Below, piece after piece: positions 35,401 to 48,429 of a DNA stretch of 64,000 bases; positions within the stretch are counted from its first letter, which is position 1, and each line of letters starts with the position of its first letter. The stretch is from assembly GCA_051362555.1 (NCBI GenBank), contig CM120644.1, positions 25,008,534-25,072,533 of the forward strand, in the 5' to 3' direction. The notes under the pieces were generated by a model. The model was given only the letters and a program-made list of their open reading frames with translations, had not been told where the DNA came from and did no database searches. The stretch comes from Lingula anatina. Lineage: Eukaryota > Animalia > Brachiopoda. The position numbers and the translations under genes are program-made.

Positions 35401-37230
35401 ACGACATGTTTGAGCAGTATGCTTCATATATACATTGATTTCTTATATTTTGTCTTTGTCGAAGGTGAACAAAAATGTCATATACTTGGTGAAAACCTGT
35501 TTCATATTAGTTTTGGTATTTGCAAATCCACTGTAAGAGTTACTATATGTATATTACTCTTCAACCATAACTTAAAATCTGTACTCACAGTTGCCCAGAA
35601 AAAAACAAGACAGTTCAAACAACATATATTCTCACACCCTTCTAGCAAATCAAAACAGTCCTTTATCTGTCTCAGAAATGAAATTAATAATATTCAGTTT
35701 AACTCTGAAACTTAAGCCCGCACGAAAACGAAGTAGATACTCCAGCGCAGTAGACTACTGCAATCATACTGCAAACATGCTTCAAATCTGCTTCGATGTG
35801 AGAGCTAATTAGCATATTTGAATCATGCTTCTATCATGCTGCTAATCTACTGCATTAATGCTCCTCCTCTATACAACCCTATGTAATTTTTGAAGTAGAA
35901 TTGCATTAGGCTATACTGCATTTCTACTGCAAATATGCTCCACACCACTACTGCGTTAATGCTTCTTTGCCACTTCGATACTGCTGCATTTTCTTGCTGG
36001 TTGAATTATGTCTTTGGTCTTGGAAATATTTTAATACAAGCTGAAGGTTCAGTTGTTTTCAATGACCTAACATGAATACAATGTTTTCTAATTTTTATTT
36101 TATTATTTTAATTTTTTTATTTTATTTTATTTATTTATTTATTTTTTGTTGTTGTTGTTGGTCGAAGTACAAACTGTAAAACGTCGATAAAAGAATAAAA
36201 TGTCTGTTTTCAGTACAAATTTAAATTACTATAAAACTGAATACTTCATTATATTCAGAATCAAGGAGAGAAGCAATGGAGAGGATATATGGGGTCGATT
36301 AAAGGTAAATGGTTTAATTTATAATTGCAGTTTTCAAAAGAAATTGGCGTTCGCTATTTTTGTTATTTTTGTATGTTATTCTATTTTGCTCATTTAGTAC
36401 TGACAAAAGAGCAACTGTAAGTTCAATATTATAAAATCAATGTCATTCCAGTTGATCAGGAAACTCAATAATCTTACCTTTAAAAGCAGTTAAAAGGATC
36501 AATGTTTTAGCAAGTGCTGCTTGCGAAGGTAGCAGTTATATTGATCACACTATTTGGAAAAATTAATGATTACACCTGTGTTAATTCAAACATGTAACTG
36601 TAGAATTTTCTTTGACAGTAATATATTGAAGGGAGTGAACATAATGAAGAGGAAATGTTTAAAATAAATTTGATGAATGTTGTTTTTTCTACACTACACA
36701 TAAAGGGGGGCGTTTGAATGCTATATTTTATCAAATGTGAACACTAAGAATCCAGTCACACCTGTTGTGTCATCAGGCGTATCTTTTATCCATACCAGTC
36801 TCATTCTGTTGTATAAAAATACCCTATACATAGTTGATCAAATATATGTGTCACTACTGGGCAGTAAAATGAAGAACAAGATGGCGGATGGTAGCTTAAA
36901 AATGTCCCACTAAAACGTATGTTACCATGTTATTTCTACTTGTATATGCAACATCGCATGTGAACGAGTACCGTTATGACACCTCATACTACCACGTAAG
37001 CTTAAATTTTGCTGAAACTGTTCACAACCCAGACTTCTACGCAGTGCTTAAATTAAACGGCTGCAATTGATCAAGGGTATATGAAAGAATCCAATTTTGC
37101 CGGCCTCTGTTCTATCATGTGCACGAAAACAAGGCGAAACTGTGTCAACAGTTATAGTAATTCCTGTTCATATCGATCTCCTATTCAAGCCATTTTTTTA
37201 ATACTACAGGAATACTAGTAGGCTGGTGGA
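32470..37230. repeat. Diverged tandem array of four related units (starts ~32470, 32975, 34635, 36740); units 2 and 3 are long (~1.7 and ~2.1 kb) near-duplicates
   Basis: Each unit has 'ccag.caca.c.gttgt.tca.caggcgtat.tttt', 'aacaagatggc', 'aaatg.cc.act...accatgtta.ttctac', 'tcatactacca' and 'agacttcta.gcagt'. Confidence 0.85.
35717..36000. mobile_element. 284-bp MITE (CCC..GGG ends, CACTA/EnSpm-like); copy of 44955-45238
   Basis: Near-identical to 44955-45238. The empty site is visible in the duplicate unit at ~34040 ('aactctgaaacttgaattatgtc'). Confidence 0.85.
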
Positions 37231-37269
37231 TATAAAATGCATGTATATTTATCTGATCTTATCTAACTT

Positions 37270-37690
37270 TCCACGGCGGTCCACACGTTTTAATACTGAG
37301 AATGGTCTTATTTTATAACATTTTGCTTCAGAGAAGGGGTGCCTCAAAAGTCATGGAGATCGTGCTTTTATAATCTACGCCCCAAAAGTGTGGAATGCCC
37401 TACCAAATTTTATTAGAAAAACAGAAGACTTTGACAATTTTAAATCTCTTTTAAAGACCCACATTTTTAATATTGTCTATATCTCTTAGATTTTTTAAAA
37501 TATATATGTGTATTTTAATAAGATTGATTTTTAGTAGTGTAAATTTTAAATGGTTTCCAATGAGTGTTTTTTGATTAAAATATTGTAGTCATTTTAATGA
37601 TTTTAGTATATAAGCCATTATTGTAAGACGCCTTAAGATAGAATGTAAGGCGCCGTATTAAAACATTTTTATTATTATATTATTATTACA
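37270..37690 (+). mobile_element. 3' end of an L2-type LINE
   Basis: GDRAF...APKVWNALP..IR....FKSLLKTH.F, followed by an AT-rich UTR and (att)n tail. Confidence 0.8.
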
Positions 37691-38069
37691 CCACTTATGT
37701 AAGTCAAGAATAAAATTAATGTGCATGTTATTATATCATATTAGCCTTCTTATTCTCTAGGTGTAGTGTACTTGTGTACTGGTGTCTGTGTGGGTGGTCG
37801 TCCACCTTGTTTGTTCTAATATATCAGTATTATTACACTGTTGGTGTAGTGCACATATGTACAGGTGCCTGTGTGTGTTTCTCTTTTCAAACATCGTAAT
37901 AACGCGCTTAATTCCAATCAACCTAACATTCATTTACCAAGTCTTATAGCTGGTGTGTTGTAATTAAATACCGGTGTAAAGTGATGAAGTATCACTGCAC
38001 AGTTTTTTTTTTTTTTTACCTTAATCCCCCTCCCACACATAAACATACACACACATTGCATTTAGCCAC

Positions 38070-38148
38070 ACAAACACACTGTCCCTACACACACACAAAC
38101 GGCACACTGCATCCCCTTTCACAGAAACAAGCATGCACTCTGACCCTA

Positions 38149-38192
<44 letters not shown>

Positions 38193-38259
38193 TCCCTGCA
38201 CACACACAAACGGCACACTGCATCCCCTTTCACAGAAACAAGCATACACTCTGACCCTA

Positions 38260-38300
<41 letters not shown>
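38070..38300. repeat. ~112-bp duplication with (CA)n microsatellites
   Basis: 'tgtccct.cacacacacaaacggcacactgcatcccctttcacagaaacaagcat.cactctgaccctat(ca)n' occurs twice. Confidence 0.92.
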
Positions 38301-38302
<2 letters not shown>

Positions 38303-39625
38303 ATGACGTGGCATGAAATTCGATGTGCTTCAACAGCAAATGTATATACATGCAGTACTCACAGCTTCTGTACACAGGATGGCCCGACATAGTCTATACT
38401 AATGCAAATATGTGATGAATATGGGATGAATTTGGTCCAATTACAAACTCGGTTTACCTATACTTGGAGATACGAAAAGTCTAAGATATTTCATTAGCCA
38501 ACAGGCAAATCAGACCTGTCAGTTGCCTTCCTATCAGTATTTCTGTCAGATCAGAGTTGGCTTTTCTTTCATTCTTAAAGGATTTACATGTACTCCCCTC
38601 TTTCCAATCATCCTCATCAGTAAAATATGCATACAGTATCCGAGGATTTGCTAGTCAACGGATCAATTTGTTCTGAATGTGCCCTATGTGACATCAGAAG
38701 AAATAAGGAAAGGGAGTTTCATTTTTCTACCAGTATTATAGTATCAATGGTGTTTTGCAAATAGACATAGGCATCTGTTATACAACTGCCTTATGTAATG
38801 TCATTTGTTAGAGAGAAATCTTTTGAAAATCCAATGTAGAATTTAAAGTTTGTGCGGGTTTCATGATTAAATATTATGTTAACAACAAAGCAATATGAAG
38901 GAGAAAATAGCAAAACTATTTTAATATTATTATAAATATTGAAAAAATATAATTAAATAAAATAAATATCCATAAAATCCCTGCTGCGTTTAGAAATACA
39001 TTTACAAAATCCCTGGTGTAAAAGGGTCAATGTCAATATCATTGAGGGGCTGTAAAGTCTTTAAAAAGGAATTTGCTACTGAACTTTAACATCAAATTCA
39101 AATTCTGTACAAAACAAAAAAAAAAGACACATAATGAAAAAGCAATTATTACTATTGCAAAAGAGGTACATATCCTCACGTACACAAATGAAATAGAAGT
39201 GCACTATCACCACAAGACTGTAATATGACAAACCATTTGAACGTTATCAAATTCAATGCACATCCAAATAAAATCCAATTATTGACTGGTTCCCTAACAC
39301 TTTCATGATCCTAGTCTCTCTACTCCATGAAATGATATGTACATATGCTAATCATTAGAAGTTAAGTGAATTGTGCATTGTTGTCGGATAGCTATTCTCA
39401 TCAACATCTCAAATTTGTGCCATACGAATACACTGTACATGTAATACCCAGAAGTGTAATTGATAGAGCATGAAAATCACTCAATATCTGTATTTTGAGA
39501 ACAATTAAGTTAAGTTTAATATAGTTGCAGGTAATTACCTTATATGAACATTCAAACTATTGTAGAATTAGCAACGGGAACATTTATCACAATTGTTACT
39601 CACAATTGTATTCCAATAAAAATGG

Positions 39626-42600
39626 TACAGTGGTCGGAATAATTTTGTTTCCGTTGTACACCGGTGTAACAACGTTCGAAATGTTTTAATCCCTATCTTG
39701 TGAATAGAAGGGGGCGGACAAACAATGGAGGGCCGTATAAATCCCTTCAAAATTCGAACGCACAAACACAATAGCTAAGGTGGAATAACACAATACTTAA
39801 TACGAGTGAACCCCATGATGCCGGTTTCTGTGGCCCAGCGCGAGCGTGACAATCCGCTGTAACTAGGTGTAATTAACAGCAGGATACATCAGCCAGAAGG
39901 TCCCTATTGTATGTTGCGGCGATAGGATTATAGCTTGAAGAGGCTAAACCCATGCTAAGGCGTGCCACGCGAAGCGAACTGTCCTTTTGTTCACTAGTTT
40001 GGCACGCGCAGCTGGTTTTTAGTGTTGCTAACAAACTGCTAGTTAAATTTGTTATCAGTTATTTCATCCTATATGAAATTTCCGCAGTCAAAAATTGAAC
40101 TAATTATTGTTTGTTTGGTTGAAATGCATGAGCGTCAGCATCAATCTGTCTCAAAAAATTCCTATTGCATTAATTTATAAATGTATAATTTATTTATGTA
40201 CTTACGTTTTAATTTGAAATATCTGCATTCAAGCGTTCAAGTATTTATAAAACATGAATGATAATGAAAGAGGAATAAGGAAATAACATATTACTTATAT
40301 TATGCTTATATGATAATATTGAAATTAAATGAGGTGCATTGACATAGGCGCAATGACAATCCAACTTCAACGTGCAACAGGGGGAAGTCTGGCTGTATGA
40401 TCATACAATATACGAAAGCACGGTCAATTAAAAGTGTAAATCATCAGTTAAAGAGGAGGGGGTCTTACTATAGCTCGCTATCTATTGTTAAACCCGACTG
40501 TTATTATCTCTCGAACAAGCTTAAAGCATGCCTATACAATTACTGTGTCTCCGGCTGCCGTTCAGAAACACCATGTCGAACATATTTTGCTACAGTGAGA
40601 AACATGGTACACTAGCGACTTGTTTTAGATCACTCAAGAAAGGATGCATACGTGCGACACCAGAGGAAAAACAATCAAGTATGCATCTGATCCATTAATA
40701 GTAATTGCACAGTGCATGTTACTAGACCTTTGTCCTAACTCAGTAGTTAGGAATAGGATGTTTGGATGAAAAGCTTCTATTCAACTCGCTTAGACCTAGA
40801 GCGTGATGCTATCATCCGATGAAACACGTAACTGAACCCTCTACCTGAACCTGAAGTCCCTTTAGCTGAAACAAAAACTGCCCCTTGAACATGTCCATTT
40901 TTTAATCGTCAAATGATTTGTGATTTCATTGAACGTCTTTGATCGAAAGCTTTCAAGTGACAATAACCGAACCGTGTGTTGATTATTTATTAAAGCGTAA
41001 TTAAGTTTATTTAACATGATCTATTTTGTAAACGATACTTGCCAAGATTGAGCTTGGAATGATCACCGTCACTATTTAGCTACTCGCCTATAATGCGTGC
41101 TGAACGACAGACAACTTAAAAATATTATCTGTGTAACTGTGCAAATGAACGCATTTAGTTAAAATATAACGAAGCCGGCATTTAATCCATCGAACATATT
41201 TATATTTGTTCTTTTAAAACCAGTGTAAGGTTAACGCCAAATCAAAGCAAGCCTTAGAGACTGGTTTTGTTTAAACTGTCGTGCATCAAGTAAAGCTAAG
41301 TAAAGCCTGTTTCTACTTCGCAGTGTTCATCCCAGCCATAAAACTGCATGAAGGATAACAAAACTCCGTAGACCTGTGCTTCAGGTTTCCAGGAGTCCCG
41401 TGTAACACAATAATATCGAAGGCCTGAGAGTAATACATATATGAGGCCGTGTATGAAAGATTTAACAAATTAGAAATTCAAGAATTTAAACATGCTAGGT
41501 ACATGCACATCACTTAATAAGTCATTTCACAAAAATCGCATCTAATTGTTTAGATTAACCTTTACTTTTATCGATCTCATCCCATTGTCTCAACCACCTA
41601 AAAGAAATATAGAGAACATGAGGAAAAGTAACACGTTTACATGCAGGCGAAGGAGTTATACTTCAATATTAATCGCGAACAATATCAACAGCGACTAAAG
41701 ACCGTTGCCTGTCTTTCACACTTTTACACAAACACACGAAGGTTTAATAAAGGGAGTCGCGGCGCGATATCTATCTCTTTCATTCGAACAAGCAAAGGGC
41801 TGACCCGAAGTAAGCTTTCTATACTAATGTCATTTTTATTGTATATTGTAATTACTCTACTTGCTCGCCTCCATTGTCTTGTAAAAGTGACAAAGAATGT
41901 GTTGTATTCACACACGAGTTGAAAGAACTTTGCATAACTCCTTTGCCTTAAGTTGCATAATGTATTTCTAAAGGTTATAATCAGTGTGAAGAGGGTGTCT
42001 TGCCTCATTTAAAAAGGGTCTTGTTCTTCATACTGGTTGTTGCTTAACTTATGCTAATCTTAAACTTTTATGTACCAATATGGTTTTCATAAATCGCCAA
42101 AATTATGAATTTAATGAACATTGTGTATCAAACGTTTTGATACGATTTAAATAAATGGACGAGGAGGATTTCGGTATTAGGTTCTATTTACCTCTGGCTT
42201 TAACTTCGCCCTGCTATATAAATGAACAAATGTTGCAGATCGTAACAAAAAACTTTCATATAGTGTTTTATGACATATATGATTTACACATTTGATAGTG
42301 AAACACTCCTCGACTTTAACGAATCACCTGACGTAAACTGTCTACCCGCGCTCCCCGAAAAAAACTGTTTCTTTTAATTTTGAAATGAATTGCTTTTAAG
42401 GCAAAGAAGTCCATTAAACCCTTTAGTCTCAATATCATTGTACAGCATGTTGTAATCGATATTTAAAAAAGTTAATTTTTTGTACTCCGCTTTCATCGAG
42501 GATACCTCAAGTTGAGGTTACAATTACGTCGCTCGCCTATGCTACTGGAATATATATTTAAGGACAAATTAAGCTTTGTAAAGTCCCTATTGTCACACAC

Positions 42601-44067
42601 CAGATACTTTATTTTGTCTTGAATGAAAAAATAGCCTCAAATTATCGTTTTGTGCTTAAACCTTTCATTACCTGAACCAAGATCTGTACTATTGATGGTG
42701 ATTCACCATCAATATTTTCACTGCCACTATCTAATGAACTACCAAGACGTACATGCATCAAGTTGGGTCTGCTGGGGGAGGGGAACATTTAAATGATAAA
42801 CGAGGAAGTCTGCCTGCAAAAGCAGCAGCAGCAGTGGTTTAAATAATCGCTATCTAGACTCCTTTTTCTTTGACAGCAACATAAAAAGTGTTTAGGGAGA
42901 AAGTCACACAAAGACCCGACGTTGTTTTGTCTTCAGCATTTCCTCTTCCTTGTTATCTGCAATTACTATCGTCAATTAATGAAATCGAGAAAGCAATTAA
43001 GTGACGGCACATTGAATATAGTCACTAGGTGCATTTCGCTGAGTGTTTACAAGATCTAGCGACACATTTTATCGCCACGCGTTCTAGTTTGATTAGTTTA
43101 GAAAATTAAACAGTTACTCTGGCGGCTCTCCGTCATTGCTATGAATCTGACATCAAATTTAGTCCAAAATATTAGTAAATTCAGAATTATTAGCTAAAAC
43201 GTAAATTGCCCTAATTTGTCAGATAAGCAAAAATGCCGGTGATCCACGCGGAGGGTACGCTTTCCTGACGGTAGCGGCGAAACGGCAACAATATTTTTCT
43301 GAATAGTGAACCTTTATTAGTTACGAAAAGCCCCCTTTTCAACAGGCGCGTTTTATTAATTACTTCATGTCACAAAGTTAATTTATACAGGCAAACTTTA
43401 TTCAAGGAAATAGTTTCACGAAATGAACGAGAGTAAAATATAAGTCGGTACAAATATAAGGCATACAACAATGAGGAATGTTATGGATCATGTTATGGGC
43501 CATGTCGGATTATAATGGCATACCTTGATGCAAAACAGTCTATCGTTTCTTCCACCGCGAGTCCCTTTATTTAATGTAATGTATAACTCATTACCCGTTT
43601 CATTTGACACTCTCTCTTTTTATCTCCCTTCCCCTTTCTCTTGTTAGAAGGAGGGTAAATAATTAAGCACTCAAAATCTGCACCACCAATCTTCAGAAAA
43701 ACATAAGTCAACGAACCAGTGGGCTGATCCACAACATCCGACACAGCAGAATGAATCAAATAACAGCTAGCACAAATGTATATGCAGTTAGCTATAGTGT
43801 CACTACATACATAATCAGCTGCACGCGCGAAGCTGTTGAACAAAAGGATAGTTCGCTACGGGAGACCGTTTGTTTACATAAGTACTCTAAGGGGGCGTGG
43901 CTACCCAGGCAACCAGGGGATTAGGCTAGTTACTATATGCCGTCAACAATCGTTTAGCGACCCTATCATTATACACTCTCTCTATTGTATTTTCCACCGC
44001 ATTAATCGCAGTGTAATCTTCAAATGGTCCACGGGGTAAATGTACACATTCTTAATACTCGTACGGT
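39626..44067. mobile_element. ~4.4-kb non-coding repeat element, copy 1
   Basis: Highly similar to 52467-56803 and 56798-64000; begins TACAGTggtcggaataa and ends cttaatactcgTACGGT. Confidence 0.9.
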
Positions 44068-44584
44068 AAGTCGTGTTGTCAAGCATTTTGCAATTAGCGT
44101 TTTTTTTTTTATTTTTTTATAAATATACAAGTGTAAGACTCACATTTAATAATAATAATAGTAATAATAATAATAATAGTCCAAAATCCGTATATTCAGT
44201 AGCCTTTACATGGGTAAAATGAACAGAATAAGACGAATAAAGTCAATAAATAAAAAAAGTAAGATATAAGAATGCTAAATGTTTAGTACAATGTAAATAA
44301 ACATATATGGACTGTTAAGATATTAATATTTTAAAATAGATAGTACAAAGCAAAGATTAACAGGCCGTGAAGCCATATGTGCATATACAAACCATAACAG
44401 TAAATGTCAAGGAATATTCCTGTCGTCTGTAGTATGTTATTATGACTTTACAACGTCAATATACCAAACAACAGCCATATGAATACATTGTAGTATCAGT
44501 AGTGACAAGTCAGTAAACTGCACCACAACACATCAATAAAACAACATATCACTAAACCTCCACTAGGTTGAACTTCACTTTGAA

Positions 44585-44799
44585 TGCATTCCTAGAGATT
44601 TAGTTCGATCCACTCGGATCGGCCTAACTCCCTGGGGGTTCACGCTAAATTGCTGTCAGCCGAGCACGCACGGTAGTTAATTACCCCCTAACAGCTTGTA
44701 ATAGGCTGGACAGACATTTAGGCCGGTTACGCTGACATCAATCTAGTGAGATTTCCCAGGGGGGATAGATTGATATATAAATATCTATGGGAATGGGGT
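44585..44799. mobile_element. ~200-bp MITE, same family as 3225-3421
   Basis: Shared internal sequence with 3225-3421; right end 'atctatgggaatgggg'. Confidence 0.7.
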
Positions 44800-44954
44800 C
44801 TTTGTATCAAAATGACCGGAGATGTCACGTCATCTGATCTCTCATAAAGTCAAACTTTGAAAACATAAACTGTGCCCGGTGGATCAGTGGTTACCAGAAC
44901 AGATGAGGACATCGTGTTCCCCTTTCCTGTTCTATGAAAAAAGTCTTGAAATAG

Positions 44955-45238
44955 CCCGCACGAAAATGAAGTAGATACTCCAGCGCAGTAGACTACTGCA
45001 ATCATACTGCAAACACGCTTCAAATCTGCTTCGATTGGGGAGCTAATTAGCATATTTGAAACATGCTTCTATCGTGCTGCTAATCTACTGCATTAATGCT
45101 CCTCCTCTGTACAACCCTATGTAATTTTTGAAGTAGAATTGCAGTAGGCTATACTGCATTTCTACTGCAAATATGCTCCACACCACTACTGCGTTAATGC
45201 TTCTTTGCTACTTCGATACTACTGCATTTTCGTGCGGG
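44955..45238. mobile_element. 284-bp MITE with TIR CCCGCACGAAAATG and 2-bp TSD (AG), CACTA/EnSpm-like
   Basis: ag|cccgcacgaaaatg ... cattttcgtgcggg|ag. Confidence 0.88.
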
Positions 45239-45479
45239 AGGTTACAACTACCAAAAAAAAAAAGTTTTGCATTACTTTTGTGAAAATTTTGATCACTTCG
45301 GCTTCTAATCTCGATTGTGAATTGACAAGGTAGAAATACAATTGCCTATCAATGTTTTGTTGGGAATGGTGTGGAATCCACCATGAACTGTACATATTTT
45401 TGAAGTGTGTTGTCAGTGATGTCCCCGTTCAATTTGTACTAATGACCAAAACAAACAGTGTCTCACTAATTGCCTATTT

Positions 45480-45745
45480 CTAAAGTCTGTCGGCTAGGTC
45501 ACTGCGACCAGCCTTTGACAAAGCGTGCATTAGCATGTAGCGCAGCTCTTGATAACTGCTTGTCTCCATGGTATCTCTCCACTGAAACAGCATATTGCGA
45601 ATCTGCCCAGGCGTGTTGTTGGGAAAGTTGCGTTTCAACTGATCTCTCTGCTTTCCTCCCACTCCTAGATGATGACCGATTTCCTCCCACTCAACATCTA
45701 TTTGTCTTGATAGGTCACAAACCAAGTCATCAGAGGGATATACAG
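45480..45745 (-). CDS. Roco gene B terminal exon: Death domain
   Basis: ttgcag acceptor, phase 1. L..LS..I...WEEIG..LGV...RDQLK.NFP......MLFQWR....L..AL.KAGR.DLADRL* matches the death-fold pattern. Confidence 0.88.
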
Positions 45746-46210
45746 CTGCAATATGAAAATAAAACAATAGAAATCAAAATCAAAAATAACGGATAAAACA
45801 TACATGCCTTAAGACGCCGTAAGTCGGGCGTATCAGGCTGTGACTTTCAGGTAAATTTATCAATTTTGCAAGTAATAAGTAATATACCAACTTAATATAA
45901 AATAGAGAATGATGATCTTCAATATATCTTTCCTTCCAAACTAAGATAAGTTCTTGGACAGTTTTATTTAGTGATGATACGTTTGATTTAAACTTTTATC
46001 AGTCCCGCGCATAACTTAATGTCATCTTAGTTACTTTGACTATAAGAGCTCGTACCTAATTTAAAACGAAATACAGAAATGTGCAAAACAAATCTGTTTA
46101 ACTTTGGTAAAGCATCGAATGTAAATCATTACTTCCCAAATAATTGACAGAGGCATGGCTGTTTCCTTTACAAATATGAATATGAAATGATGCTCACAGA
46201 CATCACCTAC

Positions 46211-47453
46211 CTATTCTAGTGGATGGACAAACAGTATTTTTATTATCCCTGAGCCACTTCCTGTAGGGGGCGCTTTTAATGTCCACTTGGCAGCCAGGTG
46301 GACTAACGTCGTCACTCTCCAACATCTCTGTCTTCAAATTTTCTGTCAGTTTTTCCAGGCCGTGTGGAAAGCGGAACCCTATGGTGTATTTCAGGTAAGG
46401 GAAGTAGGCGCCAATAAGTCGGTCTAGCTCCTGCCTGATATAGGTCAGTACGTGGAATGCACTGTCGCTCTCCAAGACGTTGACACCTGTTTTCAACGAG
46501 CCAACCATGAGTTTGAATCTGCCGTCTCCTTCATTACACAACTCCATTATTGCGTGGTTTGACCTGTCCACCTTGAAGCATGCATAGTCGCAGTATGGAT
46601 TTTGGTCGTGAGACAACCACTTCCTGTAGCAGCAGACCACCAGGCGATGAAAGAGACCAGGGGGGCAGAATCCCCCGTCAAACACCAAATATAATGGAGG
46701 AATTTTCTGCATCTTCAAGTAGCCTTCTGGTGGACATTCAGGTATTTTCAAATAACCTCCTGGATTGGGGTGACTTTTCAGCACACAAGGCACTAAATAT
46801 TTCTTCCATTTTTCGTTGGCTTGTTCCTCCAGTATTTCAACTAGCAAGTCAAAGCGCTGACAAATGCGTAGGAGGATCTGTTTATTACTCTTGAGCTCGG
46901 CGTTTTTCTCCCATACACTGTCAATCAGTCGTTCATCTAGTTCTCCTCCGTCATCAAGCATCTTCCAATAAACCCCGACTTCTGGATTAGAAACCTTGTG
47001 GTACTTTTCTACAGTTATCAGGGATGCAAATGCATCGATCAGCCATTGGGGATCCAGTATGACGATGTCACTGATGTCAACCTCATTGAAGAAAACTAGT
47101 TCTCCCAACTCGCAGTAGAATTTCAAAAAGAAAATCACCTTCTCTGCACTGTCGAAGCCATAGTGCTTTCCTTCCTTGATCATCTCCTCAAGGCTCAGGC
47201 ATTTCCGAGATTTGCTGATTTCCTTTAGTCTCTTTTCCAGAAGCACATACTTCAACGGCTGCTCTTCTCCCCAAAATGGCTGCACTTGGATTGTTTCCCA
47301 AATTGCCTTCTGTAACTCCTTTATCCCTGCGTCCTGATGATCACAGTTGTTCACAGCGTAGAAGTACGGCTGCACGTGCATATCATGCGCTGGTCTGCTT
47401 TCCAGGAATTCCTGAATTTTACGAAATTTTTCCTTTGCCACCTTCATCCTTTC
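46211..47453 (-). CDS. Roco gene B large exon: end of Roc plus COR domain
   Basis: 1243-nt open exon (gtacag acceptor, gtaggt donor). Motifs: YAVNN..I.EL...I, WGE..P..Y..LE..L, FL.F..ELGELVFF, VILDPQWLID.F..L, L....FDL, YLVPC.L, P.GLFHRLVV. Confidence 0.93.
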
Positions 47454-48015
47454 CTGTACAATAGATTTAAACATAAAAAACCGAATACATCTATGATTTT
47501 CAGTTTTGTCTTTAAATAAAAAATGTGAAAAAAATATAAGGGAATGAGACATGTTGAAGTAGAATGGCTATATTGCATACTAAAAGTGTCTTATCTGAAA
47601 CTTTCGAAAAAAATCTATTTGTGTTTTGAAAAGCACATTCTCCTTCTCATGTAGCAATCTCCTTCTCACGAATGAATGCGCGACCAATCTCTGTACAAGG
47701 ATTGGTGTTTTGCTCAATTTTAAGTTTGTAATAAATTAATAAAGTAAATAAGTAAGTAATAAATACTACTATGGCTTCATCCTGAAGATAGGAAATTAAG
47801 TAAAATAACTTTGAAGACCGTTAATGGTAACGGATTGCTGATATTCGTTGATGATAGAACACTATGCTGAGATATGTAACTTTTAAATAATATAAATTAG
47901 CAACAGCAGTATATCTCTCAGCAAAGGACGTTTCGTTTTCAATATTTTGGATGTTAGATTTCAGTGGTGAATATGGAGGAAAAAGATTTGATATTAAACG
48001 TCTTTGACCTCCTAC

Positions 48016-48152
48016 CTCTTCAGTTTTCCCGAGTTGATCTCTGTGTGTCCCCACTAATAGGATTCTGGGACAAATATCCACCAATCCAGGGTCTTTTCTT
48101 TTTACTATTTCAGTGTGAGTATGGATGGAATTCTGCCAGAATTTTAAAAAAT
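48016..48152 (-). CDS. Roco gene B exon: Roc G4 region (ILLVGTHRD)
   Basis: tttcag acceptor, gtagga donor; 137 nt. Confidence 0.9.
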
Positions 48153-48429
48153 CTGAAATAAAGACTTTACACATTATTTGCAGTACTGACTACTGGTACA
48201 TATGATATCTTTGTGTCAACTAATCTATCCCTTTTCTTACCGGGTGGGTCGTTTACAGGCAAACAATCTTTCAGTGTAATTCCTTTGTTAGATCGACCCC
48301 CTCCCCGTCCCTTTTCATGTGTGGCTGGTGACGGCTGATGTTGATAGCCTCTTGACCTGACATTTATAATAGGGTCATTGAGTGTCAACATCTACTCACA
48401 TCAGTCTGATGAAGGCATTCGTCCAGGTT

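Noticed and set aside
37981-38390. His/Thr- and Cys/Val-rich ORFs
   Set aside because: Translations of (CA)n microsatellites.
41641-41922. 93-aa ORF recurring three times (also at 54481 and 62655)
   Set aside because: Recurrence is explained by the recent repeat copies; no domain similarity or coding signal seen.
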